DNA of 64,000 bases from Synechococcus sp. (GCA_047284725.1 JBJBEO010000001.1:32001-96000); one strand, 5' to 3'. Positions 13,434 through 23,476 are shown, counted from the stretch's first letter. A program made the numbers and translations. Notes: generated by a model not told the origin, from the letters alone.

Positions 13434-14006
13434 ATGCCTCTGGAGCCGTTGCTGCCCCTGTTTCATCGGCTGAACAGGGAGCACTTTGATGGGGCGCTGG
13501 TGAAGGGCGTGCAGCCCTTGTTGGCTGTGCGTTGGAGTGATGGCCGCATGCGCCGGACAGCGGGGATGTACCGCCGTGGGCCGCGGGTGGCGCCTCCTTT
13601 GGGTCGAGAGATCGTGCTCTCCAGGCCGCTGCTGGATCCCTTGCCCCGCTCCGCGACCGAAAGCACGCTCTGCCACGAAATGATCCATGCCTGGGTGGAT
13701 CTGGTGCTCGGAGTGCGGGAAAGTCACGGTCCCCACTTCCGGCAACGCATGGCCTTGATCAACCGGATGCAGGGGCGCTTTGAGGTGAGCGTGCGCCATT
13801 CGTTTCCAGTCCCTGTCACCCCGGCTCGTTGGTTGGCGGTCTGTCCGAATTGCGGTCGTACGGCGCCCTATCGCCGCCGTGTTCGCAATGCTGCCTGCCG
13901 CCCTTGCTGCGACCGGCATCATGGCGGGGTCTGGCATGCCAGTTGTCTGTTGCGCTTCGAGCCGATCACGGCATCTCCCTCCTCTGCTGATGGTGCTGAT
14001 GGCTGA
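13434..14006 (+). CDS. SprT family zinc metalloprotease
   Basis: STLCHEMIH (HExxH), HGPHF, C-terminal CPNC...CRPCC zinc ribbon; start taken at ATG 13434 (MPLEPLLPLFHRLN). Confidence 0.9.
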   Translation: MPLEPLLPLFHRLNREHFDGALVKGVQPLLAVRWSDGRMRRTAGMYRRGPRVAPPLGREIVLSRPLLDPLPRSATESTLCHEMIHAWVDLVLGVRESHGPHFRQRMALINRMQGRFEVSVRHSFPVPVTPARWLAVCPNCGRTAPYRRRVRNAACRPCCDRHHGGVWHASCLLRFEPITASPSSADGADG

Positions 14007-14103
14007 GATCAATCAGTTTTTGCTGGTGCTGCAGGTGTGTGGTGTGTCGATCGCCTTGATTGGTTGCCGGCGGGAGCGTTGGTTGGCCCGTCGCCGTCGG
14101 TAA
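13999..14103 (+). CDS. Putative 34-aa small membrane protein
   Basis: MAEINQFLLVLQVCGVSIALIGCRRERWLARRRR*; fills the gap between the SprT gene and the ORF at 14113. Confidence 0.45.
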   Translation: MAEINQFLLVLQVCGVSIALIGCRRERWLARRRR

Positions 14104-14112
14104 CGTCAGGGA

Positions 14113-14745
14113 ATGGATCCTCAACGCCAGTTCCAGTCGCGCCGTCCGCGGTCGCAAAGTGATGATCCGCTCGATCGTCGGTTGGATCAGTGGTTGGAAA
14201 CCGGTCGACAACTGGTGGACGGCGTGTCTGGAGCTCGCCCCGGTCGTCGCAGTGGTGCCGGGGCCCGATCCGGCCGCTCGGCGTCGGCAAGTCTTGATGC
14301 CGTGGGTCGTTGGATGGGCGACAAGATCGACTGGTTGCTCGACGAAGAGGACGACTGGCGTGATCCCTGGGATGTGGAAGCGACTGTGCCATCCGCTCGT
14401 TCTCGTGGCGTGTCTCAAGCAGAGCCCGCGTCTCCGCCGCTGGCTGCCTCAGCACGACCTGTGCAGACTTCAGCGAGGGGCAAGCGTCCTCTGCAGGCCA
14501 TCTCCCGGCGTCAGCCTCCGCTGATGGCTGCGGCTCCCCAATCCGCCGCCTCTCCACAGGTGGTGGAGGGTGGTGATGAAGGATGGCCAGATGACGACAG
14601 CTTTCGGGTGAATCGTTGGTCGCGAGCCTCCGGTCGACTGTCTGAAACCGCTTCCGCAGACGATGCGCCGTCACAGACAGGTGCAGGGTCAAGGCCCAGC
14701 GTCAATCGCCGACCCTTGCCCCGCTCCAGCCGCCGACGCGCCTGA
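14113..14745 (+). CDS. Conserved hypothetical protein, largely disordered
   Basis: Ordered blocks LDQWLETGRQLVDGVSGARPG and GRWMGDKIDWLLDEEDDW within an R/S/P-rich chain. Confidence 0.75.
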   Translation: MDPQRQFQSRRPRSQSDDPLDRRLDQWLETGRQLVDGVSGARPGRRSGAGARSGRSASASLDAVGRWMGDKIDWLLDEEDDWRDPWDVEATVPSARSRGVSQAEPASPPLAASARPVQTSARGKRPLQAISRRQPPLMAAAPQSAASPQVVEGGDEGWPDDDSFRVNRWSRASGRLSETASADDAPSQTGAGSRPSVNRRPLPRSSRRRA

Positions 14746-14750
14746 AGCCT

Positions 14751-15176
14751 TCAGGCGCTGGCTTTGGTGGAGGCTTGAAAAAGGCAGCCTCGACGGCTGA
14801 GCTGGTGGTTGACGTCGTCCACCAGTTCGGCTGGCAGGTCTTCCGCCATCTGTTCCGGGGTGGTGGTGATCGCGCTGGAACCTTCGCTCAGGGCCTCCAG
14901 CAGGGCTGCCCATTGCTTCACGTGTTCCGCGCGCGTCAGCCGTTGATAGCCCTGACGCTTGAGCAGGGAGGTGCACACAGTGCTGTTCCACAGCGGTGAG
15001 CGGTTTTGCAGGCTTGGGCCGCTTGCGGCCGCTGCCCCGGCGTCAACCGCTGCCGGAGTCGGTCGTCCATGCCGATCGCGCCAGCCCAGTCGATCGAGGG
15101 CGCGTCCGCAGTGTGTGGAGGAGATGCCGAAGAGCTGACCTAGCTCGGTGAGGCTCAGCCAGGTGGGCGTGGCCAT
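14751..15176 (-). CDS. Conserved hypothetical protein (possible N-terminal HTH-like segment)
   Basis: WLSLTELGQLFGISSTHCGRAL; coding-like bias. Confidence 0.7.
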   Translation of the reverse strand: MATPTWLSLTELGQLFGISSTHCGRALDRLGWRDRHGRPTPAAVDAGAAAASGPSLQNRSPLWNSTVCTSLLKRQGYQRLTRAEHVKQWAALLEALSEGSSAITTTPEQMAEDLPAELVDDVNHQLSRRGCLFQASTKASA

Positions 15177-15267
15177 GGTTGATCACCGCAAGATGAGCAA
15201 ATCATCCTCCAAGCACGAAAAGGTGCAAGTTGTCAAGAAACAAAGCGGTCTAAATCGCCGAATGCCT

Positions 15268-15879
15268 TCATGAACTGAGATGAAGGATCTGGCGCGAGGC
15301 CGGCCCTAGCCATTCCTCCAGTTGTGGGCTGAACACCTCGCGGATCACGGTGAGTTCTCGCCCTTCACGAAAGAAGCGGTAGTGCCGACTCCAGAACGGC
15401 CCTGTTGTTCCAAACCCTTCTTCCAGCCACGTGCTCTGGACCAGGGCGAGACCGTCGACCTCCCGAAACAGTTCAGATCGTCCTTGGGTGAGACTGAGCC
15501 AGATCGGCAAACTGCGGTCTCGCAGTTGCTGCTCAGCTGAGGCCTGGTTCCACCAGCTTTCCGCCCAGGCCAGGGTCTGTCCGTCGCACTCGAGCCACAC
15601 CTGGCGGCGCAGCAAAGGGGGCTCCAGCTCACGAACCTCCCTTGGCAGTTGGGATGGGTTGGTGCCGGGTGCTTCCGGTTCAGGTTCCATGGCCACGACG
15701 CGCACGGCCACTGGATGGCCCGTGAGCAGGCGGAGGTGGCGCGTTGGACTGCCGTCACCCAGCAGCATCAATTGCCAGGGGCCTGGTAAAGGGCTGGGTC
15801 CTTCACCGCGTAAAACGGCCTCCGTGGCTGCTTCCCAAAGCGGAGTGGGAGAGGGCAGCAGTGTTCCGGGAGGATTCAG
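15268..15879 (-). CDS. Chorismate lyase family protein (UbiC/DUF98-like)
   Basis: LLGDGSPTRHL, RRQVWL, AWAESWW, FWSRHYRF, TVIREVFSP. Frame stays open upstream to a CTG at 15879; exact start uncertain. Confidence 0.85.
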   Translation of the reverse strand: MNPPGTLLPSPTPLWEAATEAVLRGEGPSPLPGPWQLMLLGDGSPTRHLRLLTGHPVAVRVVAMEPEPEAPGTNPSQLPREVRELEPPLLRRQVWLECDGQTLAWAESWWNQASAEQQLRDRSLPIWLSLTQGRSELFREVDGLALVQSTWLEEGFGTTGPFWSRHYRFFREGRELTVIREVFSPQLEEWLGPASRQILHLSS

Positions 15880-16610
15880 AAGGCGCCTCCGACACTGAGG
15901 CTGCGCTCTTCGCCGTTGTGTTCGATCACCGCTCCATTGGATTCAACGGTTTTGAGCCGCCAGCCGCTGTTGCCGATCGCTTCACCCGGGATGGCTGAAA
16001 GCGAGAGCTGATCGAGCTGGAAGATGGCGGAGCCCTGACCGCCACCGGCGTGCACCACGCCGACGAGCAGCGGCTCGGCAGGAACCATCGCGGCCGCGAT
16101 GGCGTCGTCGCTGAGGGCGTCCGCTGCGGTCGGAACAGGAAGGCTGGCTGCCAGTGGAATGGTTAACGGTTCAAGGCTGGCTGTGCGGGGGGGAGCTTCC
16201 TGGGGAGAGGCTTCGACTGCAGCGGGGGTGGCCGCTTCGGGTGCGACTGCTGTTGCGGCTGTTGTGGCTGTGGCGACTTCACCGGCCACGGGCATGCCCC
16301 GCAGGCGCTCGATCATCTGCAGATCACGTTCACGATTGAGACTCTGCAAGGTGCGCTGCCAGTTCTGCGCCAGCCAAAGACTGGTGCCGATGCCCAGCAC
16401 GGCAAGCATGGCGGTGCCAATGAAAAGTCCCTGGCGACGGGTCGCTCCCGGATGGATTGGATCAGTCTTGGGGCGTGGCGTTGATGTCTGAGGAAGAACG
16501 GCCACCTTCACCGCTTTGAGGGCCGCGTCTGAGGGATGGAAGACCTGATCCATCACCTGTTCGGCGCGCAGATTCCAGAAGGCTCTGGATCGAGTCAGGC
16601 GGGTGGGCAT
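15876..16610 (-). CDS. Hypothetical single-TM protein with a C-terminal beta domain (GspC/PilP-like)
   Basis: One TM, Ala/Pro/Thr-rich linker, LVGVV...SAIF...PGEAIGNSGWRL...GAVIE tail; start taken at ATG 16610. Confidence 0.6.
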   Translation of the reverse strand: MPTRLTRSRAFWNLRAEQVMDQVFHPSDAALKAVKVAVLPQTSTPRPKTDPIHPGATRRQGLFIGTAMLAVLGIGTSLWLAQNWQRTLQSLNRERDLQMIERLRGMPVAGEVATATTAATAVAPEAATPAAVEASPQEAPPRTASLEPLTIPLAASLPVPTAADALSDDAIAAAMVPAEPLLVGVVHAGGGQGSAIFQLDQLSLSAIPGEAIGNSGWRLKTVESNGAVIEHNGEERSLSVGGAF

Positions 16611-16636
16611 GCAGGAAACCAGCCACGGACCCAACC

Positions 16637-18616
16637 TTATCGAGCTTGGGTGGAGGAAGCGAGGTGTGACTGCGAATCGCTGCTGCGTCGTTGTTGCAGC
16701 TCCAGCCACACCAGCAGTGCGGTGAGATCGGCCTGGCTGACGCCAGGAATCTGACTGGCTTGGCCCAGCGTGAATGGGCGTACGGCTGAGAGTTTCTCGC
16801 GGGCCTCCCGGGAGAGGGTGCCGATGCTGGCGTAGTCAATCGCTGCAGGTAATTTGCGCTGCCCTTGGCGTTTCACCTGATCGATCTGCTGCTGCTGACG
16901 CTGGAGATAGCCGCTGTACTTGATGTCGATTTCGGCGCCTTCCCGCACCGGCAGGGGAAGGTCGGCGTCCGCCAGACCATGGCGCACCAGATCGGCGGCA
17001 TGCATGCCGGGGCGCCGCAGCAGATCTGCAAGGGTGATCGATCCCTTGATCGGTGCGCCGGTCTCAGTTTCCACTTCTGGTGCAACAGGATCGCTCACCT
17101 TCAGTCGTTGGGTCTCCAACCGTTGTTTCTCGGTTTCCATGGCGCGTAGCTTCGCTTGGAACAGTTGCCAGCGACGGTCATCGATCATGCCCAGCTCCCG
17201 TCCCAGGGGGGTGAGGCGACGGTCGGCGTTATCGCCTCGCAGCACCAGCCTGTATTCGCTGCGGCTGGTGAGCACCCGGTAGGGCTCGCGCAGATCCTTG
17301 CTCACCAGATCGTCGATCATCGTGCCGATGTAGCTGCCCTGGCGCGGGAAGTGCACCGCCTCTTGGCCCTTGACCCTGCGGGCGGCATTCAGTCCCGCCA
17401 CCAGCCCCTGGGCTGCGGCTTCCTCATAGCCGGTGGTGCCGTTGAGTTGTCCAGCACTGAACAGCCCTTCCACCCGTTTGGTTTCCAGCGAAGGCAGCAA
17501 TTGCGTGGCGGGCAGGTAGTCGTAATCGACCGAATACGCGGGGCGCAGCATCACGCAGTGCTCAAGGCCGGGCAGGCTGCGCAGCAGTTGCAGCTGGATC
17601 GGTTCCGGCAGGCCCGTTGAAAAGCCCTGCACATAGATCTCAGGGGTGTCCCGTCCTTCCGGTTCGAGAAAGATCTGATGACTCTCCTTGTCAGCGAACC
17701 GCACGATCTTGTCTTCGATCGAGGGGCAGTAGCGCGGTCCTTTGCTGTCGATCACGCCGCCGTAGATGGCGGTGAGATGCAGGTTGTCCCGGATCAGCTG
17801 ATGGGTGACCTGTGTTGTTCGGGTGAGATGGCAGCTCATCTGCTCGCCACTGGTCCAGGCAGCTGGATCAAAGGAGAAGAAGCGATCCGCGGCGTCGCTG
17901 GGTTGTTCCTCCAGTTGATCAAGGGCAATACTGCGCCGATCGACGCGGGCCGGGGTGCCCGTTTTGAGTCGGTCGGTGTGGAAGCCGAGCTGCTGCAGCG
18001 CTTCGGTGAGGCCCTCGGCGGCCTGCTCACCGGCGCGGCCGGCCGCCATGGATTGGTGCCCCACCCAGATCCGTCCTCCGAGAAAGGTGCCGGCGGTGAG
18101 GATCACCGCTGTGGCCCCGTAGACGCTGCCGAAATAGGTGCGCACACCGGTGATACGGGCGGCTGGCCCCAGACTGGGAATCCAGCGTTCACCCCCTCCT
18201 GTGGGATCGCCTTCGATCTCCAGGCCTGTCACCATCGCCTCGCGCAGGGCCAGGTTCGGGGTGTGTTGCAGCAGCTGCAACATCTGACGGGAGTACTGGC
18301 GCTTGTCCGTCTGAGCACGCAGCGCCCAGACGGCGGGACCGCGGCTGGCGTTGAGGATGCGTTTCTGGATTGCCGTCGCATCCGCCAGGCGTCCGATCAC
18401 CCCCCCGAGGGCATCCACTTCATGCACGAGCTGGCTCTTGGCGGGCCCGCCGACGGCCGGATTGCATGGTTGCCAGGCGATCCGATCGAGGTTGAGCGTG
18501 AACAGGGCCGTGTTCAGTCCCAGACGAGCAGAGGTGATCGCGGCTTCGCAGCCTGCGTGCCCACCTCCGACGACGATCACGTCGAAGCTTTCGGTAGGAA
18601 CGGGACTGCCTGTCAT
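16637..18616 (-). CDS. mnmG: tRNA uridine-5-carboxymethylaminomethyl modification enzyme
   Basis: [59 protein letters not shown]. Confidence 0.98.
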   Translation of the reverse strand: MTGSPVPTESFDVIVVGGGHAGCEAAITSARLGLNTALFTLNLDRIAWQPCNPAVGGPAKSQLVHEVDALGGVIGRLADATAIQKRILNASRGPAVWALRAQTDKRQYSRQMLQLLQHTPNLALREAMVTGLEIEGDPTGGGERWIPSLGPAARITGVRTYFGSVYGATAVILTAGTFLGGRIWVGHQSMAAGRAGEQAAEGLTEALQQLGFHTDRLKTGTPARVDRRSIALDQLEEQPSDAADRFFSFDPAAWTSGEQMSCHLTRTTQVTHQLIRDNLHLTAIYGGVIDSKGPRYCPSIEDKIVRFADKESHQIFLEPEGRDTPEIYVQGFSTGLPEPIQLQLLRSLPGLEHCVMLRPAYSVDYDYLPATQLLPSLETKRVEGLFSAGQLNGTTGYEEAAAQGLVAGLNAARRVKGQEAVHFPRQGSYIGTMIDDLVSKDLREPYRVLTSRSEYRLVLRGDNADRRLTPLGRELGMIDDRRWQLFQAKLRAMETEKQRLETQRLKVSDPVAPEVETETGAPIKGSITLADLLRRPGMHAADLVRHGLADADLPLPVREGAEIDIKYSGYLQRQQQQIDQVKRQGQRKLPAAIDYASIGTLSREAREKLSAVRPFTLGQASQIPGVSQADLTALLVWLELQQRRSSDSQSHLASSTQAR

Positions 18617-18637
18617 TGCTCCAGTATCGGAAATGGC

Positions 18638-20056
18638 TCAGGCTGCGAGGTTGCGGAAACGGGTGAACTGAGGCTCGAACAGCAGTTTCACGGTGCCCAC
18701 CGGGCCGTTGCGGTGCTTGGTCACGATCACCTCCGTGATGCCCCGGTCTGGGGTTTCTGGGTTGTAGTACTCGTCGCGGTAGATCATCAGCACCAGGTCC
18801 GCGTCCTGTTCGATCGAGCCGGATTCCCTCAGGTCACTGAGCATCGGACGTTTGTTCGTGCGCGACTCCACGCCACGGCTGAGCTGGGAAAGGGCGATCA
18901 CCGGCACGTTCAGCTCCCTGGCCATCTGTTTCAGCGCCCGGGTGATCCGGGAAATTTCCTGCACGCGATTGTCAGGACTCGAGCCCTCCATCAACTGCAG
19001 GTAGTCGATCACCACCAGGCCAAGTTCCTTGCCCTGTTCGGCCATCAGACGCCTGCAGAGGGAGCGCATCTCCAACACACCGGAGTTGGGTTTGTCGTCG
19101 ATGAAGATCGGCAGCTGTCCCAGGGTGTTGATCCCCTGGCCCAACAGTGGCCATTCCTCCTGCTGCAGCCTCCCGGTGCGCAGCCGGCCGGCTTCGATGC
19201 CGACTTCCATCGAGAGCAATCTGTAGGTGAGCTGCTCCTTGCTCATCTCCAGGGAGAACACGCACACCGGCAGGTCGTGGAGTTGGGCCACGTTCTTCGC
19301 CAGGTTGAGCACGATCGAGGTTTTGCCCATGGCGGGTCGCCCCGCAACGATGATCAGGTCGCTGCGTTGAAGGCCCTGGGTCATCGCATCCAGGTCGTAG
19401 AAGTTCACCGGGATTCCTGCCACCGAAGTGCCGAGCGAGCGGCTTTCGATCTCGTTGAAGGTGGTGGTGAGGATTTCGGCGGTGGGGGTGAGGCCTTTGG
19501 TTGGCTTTTCCTGGCTGATCGCGAAGATCGTCTGTTCGGCTTTGTCGAGCACCTGATCCATGGGCATGCTCTGGTCAAATCCCAGTTGGATCACTTCATT
19601 CCCTGAGCGGATCAGTTGCCGGCGCAGGAACTTGTCCATCACCAGGCGAGCCACCTGTTCGATCGAGGCCGTGGAGGCCACCCTTTCCACCAGTTCCACC
19701 AGGCGGGGGCTGCCGCCCACTTTTTCCAATGAGCCGGTGTCCGCCAGCCAGGCGGTCATCGCTGTCAGATCGGTTGGTTTGCCTTGGCTGTGGAGCATCA
19801 CCGCGGTGCGGAAGATCTCCCGATGGGCATTGAGATAGAAGGCTTCCGGTTGCAGCACGTCGGCCACACGGCCGATTGCATCCGGGTCGAGCAGGATGCC
19901 ACCCAGCACCGCTTCCTCGGCTTCGAGGTTTTGGGGTGGGATGGAATCGGGCAAGGCCTCGAAATTGGGCTCATCCCGTTGACGCCCTTTGCCGTAGCCC
20001 CGCCTGCCTCCCTCTGCGAATTCGCCGCTGGGCTCTGGGAAGGGGGCGGTCACCAT
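18638..20056 (-). CDS. dnaB: Replicative DNA helicase (intein-free)
   Basis: PPQNLEAEEAVLG, AGRPAMGKT, SLEM, IDYLQL, LSQLSR, DLRESGSIEQDAD, KHRNGP. Confidence 0.98.
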   Translation of the reverse strand: MVTAPFPEPSGEFAEGGRRGYGKGRQRDEPNFEALPDSIPPQNLEAEEAVLGGILLDPDAIGRVADVLQPEAFYLNAHREIFRTAVMLHSQGKPTDLTAMTAWLADTGSLEKVGGSPRLVELVERVASTASIEQVARLVMDKFLRRQLIRSGNEVIQLGFDQSMPMDQVLDKAEQTIFAISQEKPTKGLTPTAEILTTTFNEIESRSLGTSVAGIPVNFYDLDAMTQGLQRSDLIIVAGRPAMGKTSIVLNLAKNVAQLHDLPVCVFSLEMSKEQLTYRLLSMEVGIEAGRLRTGRLQQEEWPLLGQGINTLGQLPIFIDDKPNSGVLEMRSLCRRLMAEQGKELGLVVIDYLQLMEGSSPDNRVQEISRITRALKQMARELNVPVIALSQLSRGVESRTNKRPMLSDLRESGSIEQDADLVLMIYRDEYYNPETPDRGITEVIVTKHRNGPVGTVKLLFEPQFTRFRNLAA

Positions 20057-20063
20057 GGTGGTT

Positions 20064-20131
20064 GGCCGTTCAAAAGCGAAAACCCACTCTGGCGCACGCA
20101 GGAGTGCGCAACAGGGTGGGTTTTGACGGCC
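20064..20131 (-). terminator. Long hairpin with U-rich tail between rplI and dnaB
   Basis: Minus strand AAAACCCACCCTG..GCGCAC/GTGCGC..CAGAGTGGGTTTT followed by CGCTTTT, with an outer GGCCGT/ACGGCC pair. Confidence 0.6.
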
Positions 20132-20166
20132 CCATCAATTCAGGGCTTGGCTGAGTGTCAGAAGCT

Positions 20167-20625
20167 TCAGTAGCTGACGACTTCCAGGTTGATCTCGGCG
20201 GTGACTTCGCTGTGCAGCTTGACGCTCACCTTGTAGCTGCCGGTGCGGTGGATGTCGGGCACGGTGATGTCACGGCGATCCACTTCTTTCTTGGTGGCGG
20301 CCTCGATGGCCTCAGCCACATCACCATTGGTGACCGTGCCGAACAGCACGTCGTCATCACCGGTTTGCTTCTTCACGGTGAATCGACCAATCGTGTCGAG
20401 GGCGGTGCGGAACGCCACAGCCTCTTCCTTCAGGGCCGCCTGGCGCTCGGCTTCCTTGGCGCGCCGGTGCTCCACCTGCTTCATCACTGCTGGGGTGACT
20501 GGAACAGCCTTGCCAAAGGGAAGCAGGAAGTTGCGGGCGTAGCCAGGGGCTACTTCCACCATGTCGCCATCCCGGCCGAGGCTGAGAAAGTCTTCGTTCA
20601 GAACGACTTGTACGCGCTTGGCCAT
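20167..20625 (-). CDS. rplI: 50S ribosomal protein L9
   Basis: [27 protein letters not shown]. Confidence 0.98.
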   Translation of the reverse strand: MAKRVQVVLNEDFLSLGRDGDMVEVAPGYARNFLLPFGKAVPVTPAVMKQVEHRRAKEAERQAALKEEAVAFRTALDTIGRFTVKKQTGDDDVLFGTVTNGDVAEAIEAATKKEVDRRDITVPDIHRTGSYKVSVKLHSEVTAEINLEVVSY

Positions 20626-20666
20626 GGGGAACGGTCCTGTCGACTTCTATTGAGCGATCGGTAACT

Positions 20667-21599
20667 TTACGACGCGACCGGCAGTCGGATCTTGCTGGCG
20701 AGGCCCAGGGTTCGCATCAGACGGATGTGCTGCCAGGTGAGGTCGATCTGGCCGGGCTGGAGGCCCTGGCGAGCGGAGTGGGGGAAGGCATGGTGATTGT
20801 TGTGCCATCCCTCTCCGAACGTCAGAGCGGCAACCCATTTGTTGTTGCGGGAACCGTCTCCACTCTCGTAGGCCACGGAGCCCCAGCAGTGGGTGGCGGA
20901 GTTCACAAGCCAGGTCACGTGATACACGAGCACGAGGCGAAGGGGGATGCCCCAGAGCACCATGGCCCAACCGCCGACGCCCGTGCTGCTGCCAATCCAA
21001 AAGAGGAGAAGGCCAAGGGGCAGCTGCAGCAGGAGGAAATAGTTGTTGAGCCAGCGGTAGTAGGGATCACCGGCGAGATCACCGCTCAGGCGAGGCACCG
21101 CTTGCATGGCTGGAATCGGCTGAAACATCCAGCCCATGTGGCTCCACCAGAAGCCGCGATGGCTGTTGTGGTGATCCGCATCCGTATCAGAAAACTTGTG
21201 GTGGTGGCGATGCAGGCCTACCCAGTCGATCGGGCCGTGTTGGCAGCTCAGGGCCCCGCAGGTGGCGAAGAACCGTTCCAGCCAGGTGGGGACCTGGAAA
21301 GAGCGATGCGAGAGCAGGCGGTGATAGCCGATGGTGACCCCCAGGCAGGCGGTGACCCAATAGAGGATCAGCAGGGCGCCGATGGCTTGGGGGCACCAGA
21401 ACCGGGGCATCAGTGCCACGATCGAGAGGGCATGGATCGTGATCATGAATCCGATCGTGCCCCATCGCATGCCTTGATCGGGTTGCACGCTGCTGTGCCC
21501 TTTTTTGGGCTGGTGTAGCAATGCTGACAGCTTTAAAGCCTCATGCGAAGCTGCAGGCCGACTTGGAGAAGACGGCGCCGTGACCACACTCGATAGCAT
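20667..21599 (-). CDS. desC: Acyl-lipid delta-9 desaturase (paralog 1)
   Basis: His boxes GYHRLLSHRSF, HRHHH and GEGWHNNHH; start estimated at ATG 21599. Confidence 0.92.
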   Translation of the reverse strand: MLSSVVTAPSSPSRPAASHEALKLSALLHQPKKGHSSVQPDQGMRWGTIGFMITIHALSIVALMPRFWCPQAIGALLILYWVTACLGVTIGYHRLLSHRSFQVPTWLERFFATCGALSCQHGPIDWVGLHRHHHKFSDTDADHHNSHRGFWWSHMGWMFQPIPAMQAVPRLSGDLAGDPYYRWLNNYFLLLQLPLGLLLFWIGSSTGVGGWAMVLWGIPLRLVLVYHVTWLVNSATHCWGSVAYESGDGSRNNKWVAALTFGEGWHNNHHAFPHSARQGLQPGQIDLTWQHIRLMRTLGLASKIRLPVAS

Positions 21600-21650
21600 C
21601 TCTGATCCGATCACTACCTCTAAACTATAGGCGATAAGGATCCGTATCAA

Positions 21651-22424
21651 GTGGCTGATTCTGGTCTTGGCTCTGATTGCGTGACCAAGGGGTATCGAGA
21701 ATGTCTTGCGGAAGGGCGTCGGGCCATGGCCCATCTCGTGCACGTCTGGCACGAGCGCAACGGTTGGTCCCACAAGGTCTTGCCTGCCCTGGCTGAAGCC
21801 TTCGACCTCGGTCGCGTGCACAACTCGCAGATCTCCAACCTGCGCAACGGCAAGCTGGCTGCCCCCGGCCCTGAGGTGTTTCTTGCGCTAGGTCAAGCCA
21901 ATGTTGTGTTGATGGCAGGGCTTGATCCCATTCGCGCTCGTCTGGAGGAGGTGCATCCGGAGCTGTTGCAGGTGCTTGCTGAAGGTCATGCCCCTCTGGT
22001 CGATGGAGCTGGGCATCCGTTGGGGGCTGGCGCGTTGTTTGAGATTTTTGTCGGTCTCGCCCCCCTCCCTCCGGGGTTCGATTGGCGCATTGACGCAGAC
22101 GAAGCGCCCCTACTCAGTGGAGCTCTGGCGGAACAGCTTTGCGCTGGGCGCAGTTGGCGCTTCTGCCGTGATCAGGTGATGGCGGCGTATCCGGTGAGTA
22201 AAAGCCAGCGCCGGGAACGGTTTGCGGCGGTCATGGCTGGCATGCGCGATTACACCGCTGAAGAGCTTGATGGTGAGTTGCTCGATTTGTTCGCGACCCA
22301 CCAGGCGCTTGGCGGTTCAGCGCGTTTGGGAGCGCAGGGCTTTTTGGAGCAGCTTCGTGCCCATGCAACAACCCTGGAAACTGCCGAGTCATCGGACGCT
22401 TCCAGGGTTGCGATGACGTCTTGA
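21651..22424 (+). CDS. Conserved hypothetical protein, possible XRE-like HTH
   Basis: HKVLPALAEAFDLGRVHNSQISNLRNGKL resembles an HTH recognition helix; start may be the ATG at 21726. Confidence 0.65.
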   Translation: MADSGLGSDCVTKGYRECLAEGRRAMAHLVHVWHERNGWSHKVLPALAEAFDLGRVHNSQISNLRNGKLAAPGPEVFLALGQANVVLMAGLDPIRARLEEVHPELLQVLAEGHAPLVDGAGHPLGAGALFEIFVGLAPLPPGFDWRIDADEAPLLSGALAEQLCAGRSWRFCRDQVMAAYPVSKSQRRERFAAVMAGMRDYTAEELDGELLDLFATHQALGGSARLGAQGFLEQLRAHATTLETAESSDASRVAMTS

Positions 22425-22436
22425 AGCGGACGAAGG

Positions 22437-23360
22437 TCAGGGTACGTAGCGCGCCTGCCGCACCCGCCGAGTGAGGCCGAGGCGACGGAGCAGCTGGATG
22501 TGCATCCAGGTGATGTCGACTTCGAACCAGCGGAGGCCGTGGCGGGCACTGGCTGGATGGGCGTGATGGTTGTTGTGCCAGCCCTCACCGAACGACAGCA
22601 CCGCGACCCACCAGCAGTTACGGGACAGGTCGGGGCAGTTGAAGTTCCGGTACCCGAAGGCGTGGGTGGCGGAATTCACCAGCCAGGTGACGTGATACAC
22701 CACCACCAGCCGCAGGGGGATCGCCCAGAGCACCAAGCCAAGCCCACCGCCATGCACGTCAGCTGCCTGTCCGTACCAATAGAGGCCCAGGCCCAGGGGA
22801 ATCTGAAGGAGCAGGAACCAGCGGTCGAGCCAGACATAAAAGCGGTCGTTCAGCAGGTCTCCACCGAAACGCTCCTTGTGCTCCAGGGCGGGAATCTCAT
22901 GCAGCATCCACTCGCTGTGGCTCCACCAGAGGCCACGACCAGCATCGTGATGATCGTTGGCCTGGTCGGAGAACTTGTGGTGGTGGCGGTGCAGGGCGAC
23001 CCAGTCGATCGGGCCGCTCTGGCAGGCAAGGGTGCCCATCACCACCAGCACCCGTTCGAGCCAGCGGGGCACTTCGAAGCTGCGGTGGGCCACCAGCCGA
23101 TGCAAGCCAAGCGTGACCCCAAGCACGGTGACCCAGTAGAGGAGGCCGAACGCCGCAATCCCTTGCCAACTCCAGAAGTCGGGCAGCAGGGCAATGGTCG
23201 CCAGCACGTGCATCACCACCATGAATGCGGTGGTGCCGCCCTTGAACTTGCGTTGTTTGCGGGGCAAAGGCTCCCGGGGAGCCATCATCGCTGCGCGGAT
23301 GCGGAGCTCACGTTCGGTGGCGGTTGATGCCGGAGAGGTTGTGACCAAGGAGATCTCCAC
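22437..23360 (-). CDS. desC: Acyl-lipid delta-9 desaturase (paralog 2)
   Basis: GLHRLVAHRSF, HRHHH and GEGWHNNHH. Confidence 0.92.
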   Translation of the reverse strand: MEISLVTTSPASTATERELRIRAAMMAPREPLPRKQRKFKGGTTAFMVVMHVLATIALLPDFWSWQGIAAFGLLYWVTVLGVTLGLHRLVAHRSFEVPRWLERVLVVMGTLACQSGPIDWVALHRHHHKFSDQANDHHDAGRGLWWSHSEWMLHEIPALEHKERFGGDLLNDRFYVWLDRWFLLLQIPLGLGLYWYGQAADVHGGGLGLVLWAIPLRLVVVYHVTWLVNSATHAFGYRNFNCPDLSRNCWWVAVLSFGEGWHNNHHAHPASARHGLRWFEVDITWMHIQLLRRLGLTRRVRQARYVP

Positions 23361-23476
23361 GTGCCTAGAGCGTCATCAACACTGATGGATCGGTGCCTTC
23401 GAGCGCCTGGCTGGAGAAATGAATGTAGGAGAGCGCAGCATGATGTAGCGAATGGCACGGATTTCACGTCCTCCTC

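Noticed and set aside
17678..19606. 642-aa + strand ORF, and similar long antisense ORFs (11647-12936, 25274-26725, 41752-43284, 43685-44686)
   Set aside because: Antisense shadows of well-supported genes caused by GC-rich codon bias; no recognisable motifs.
18638..20056. Possible DnaB intein, as found in several cyanobacteria
   Set aside because: The protein is 472 aa with contiguous helicase motifs; there is no insertion.
23445..23458. NtcA-like site GTA-N8-CAC upstream of the PLP enzyme/gcv genes
   Set aside because: Mismatch in the TAC half-site and too close to the start codon for the usual activator spacing; likely chance.
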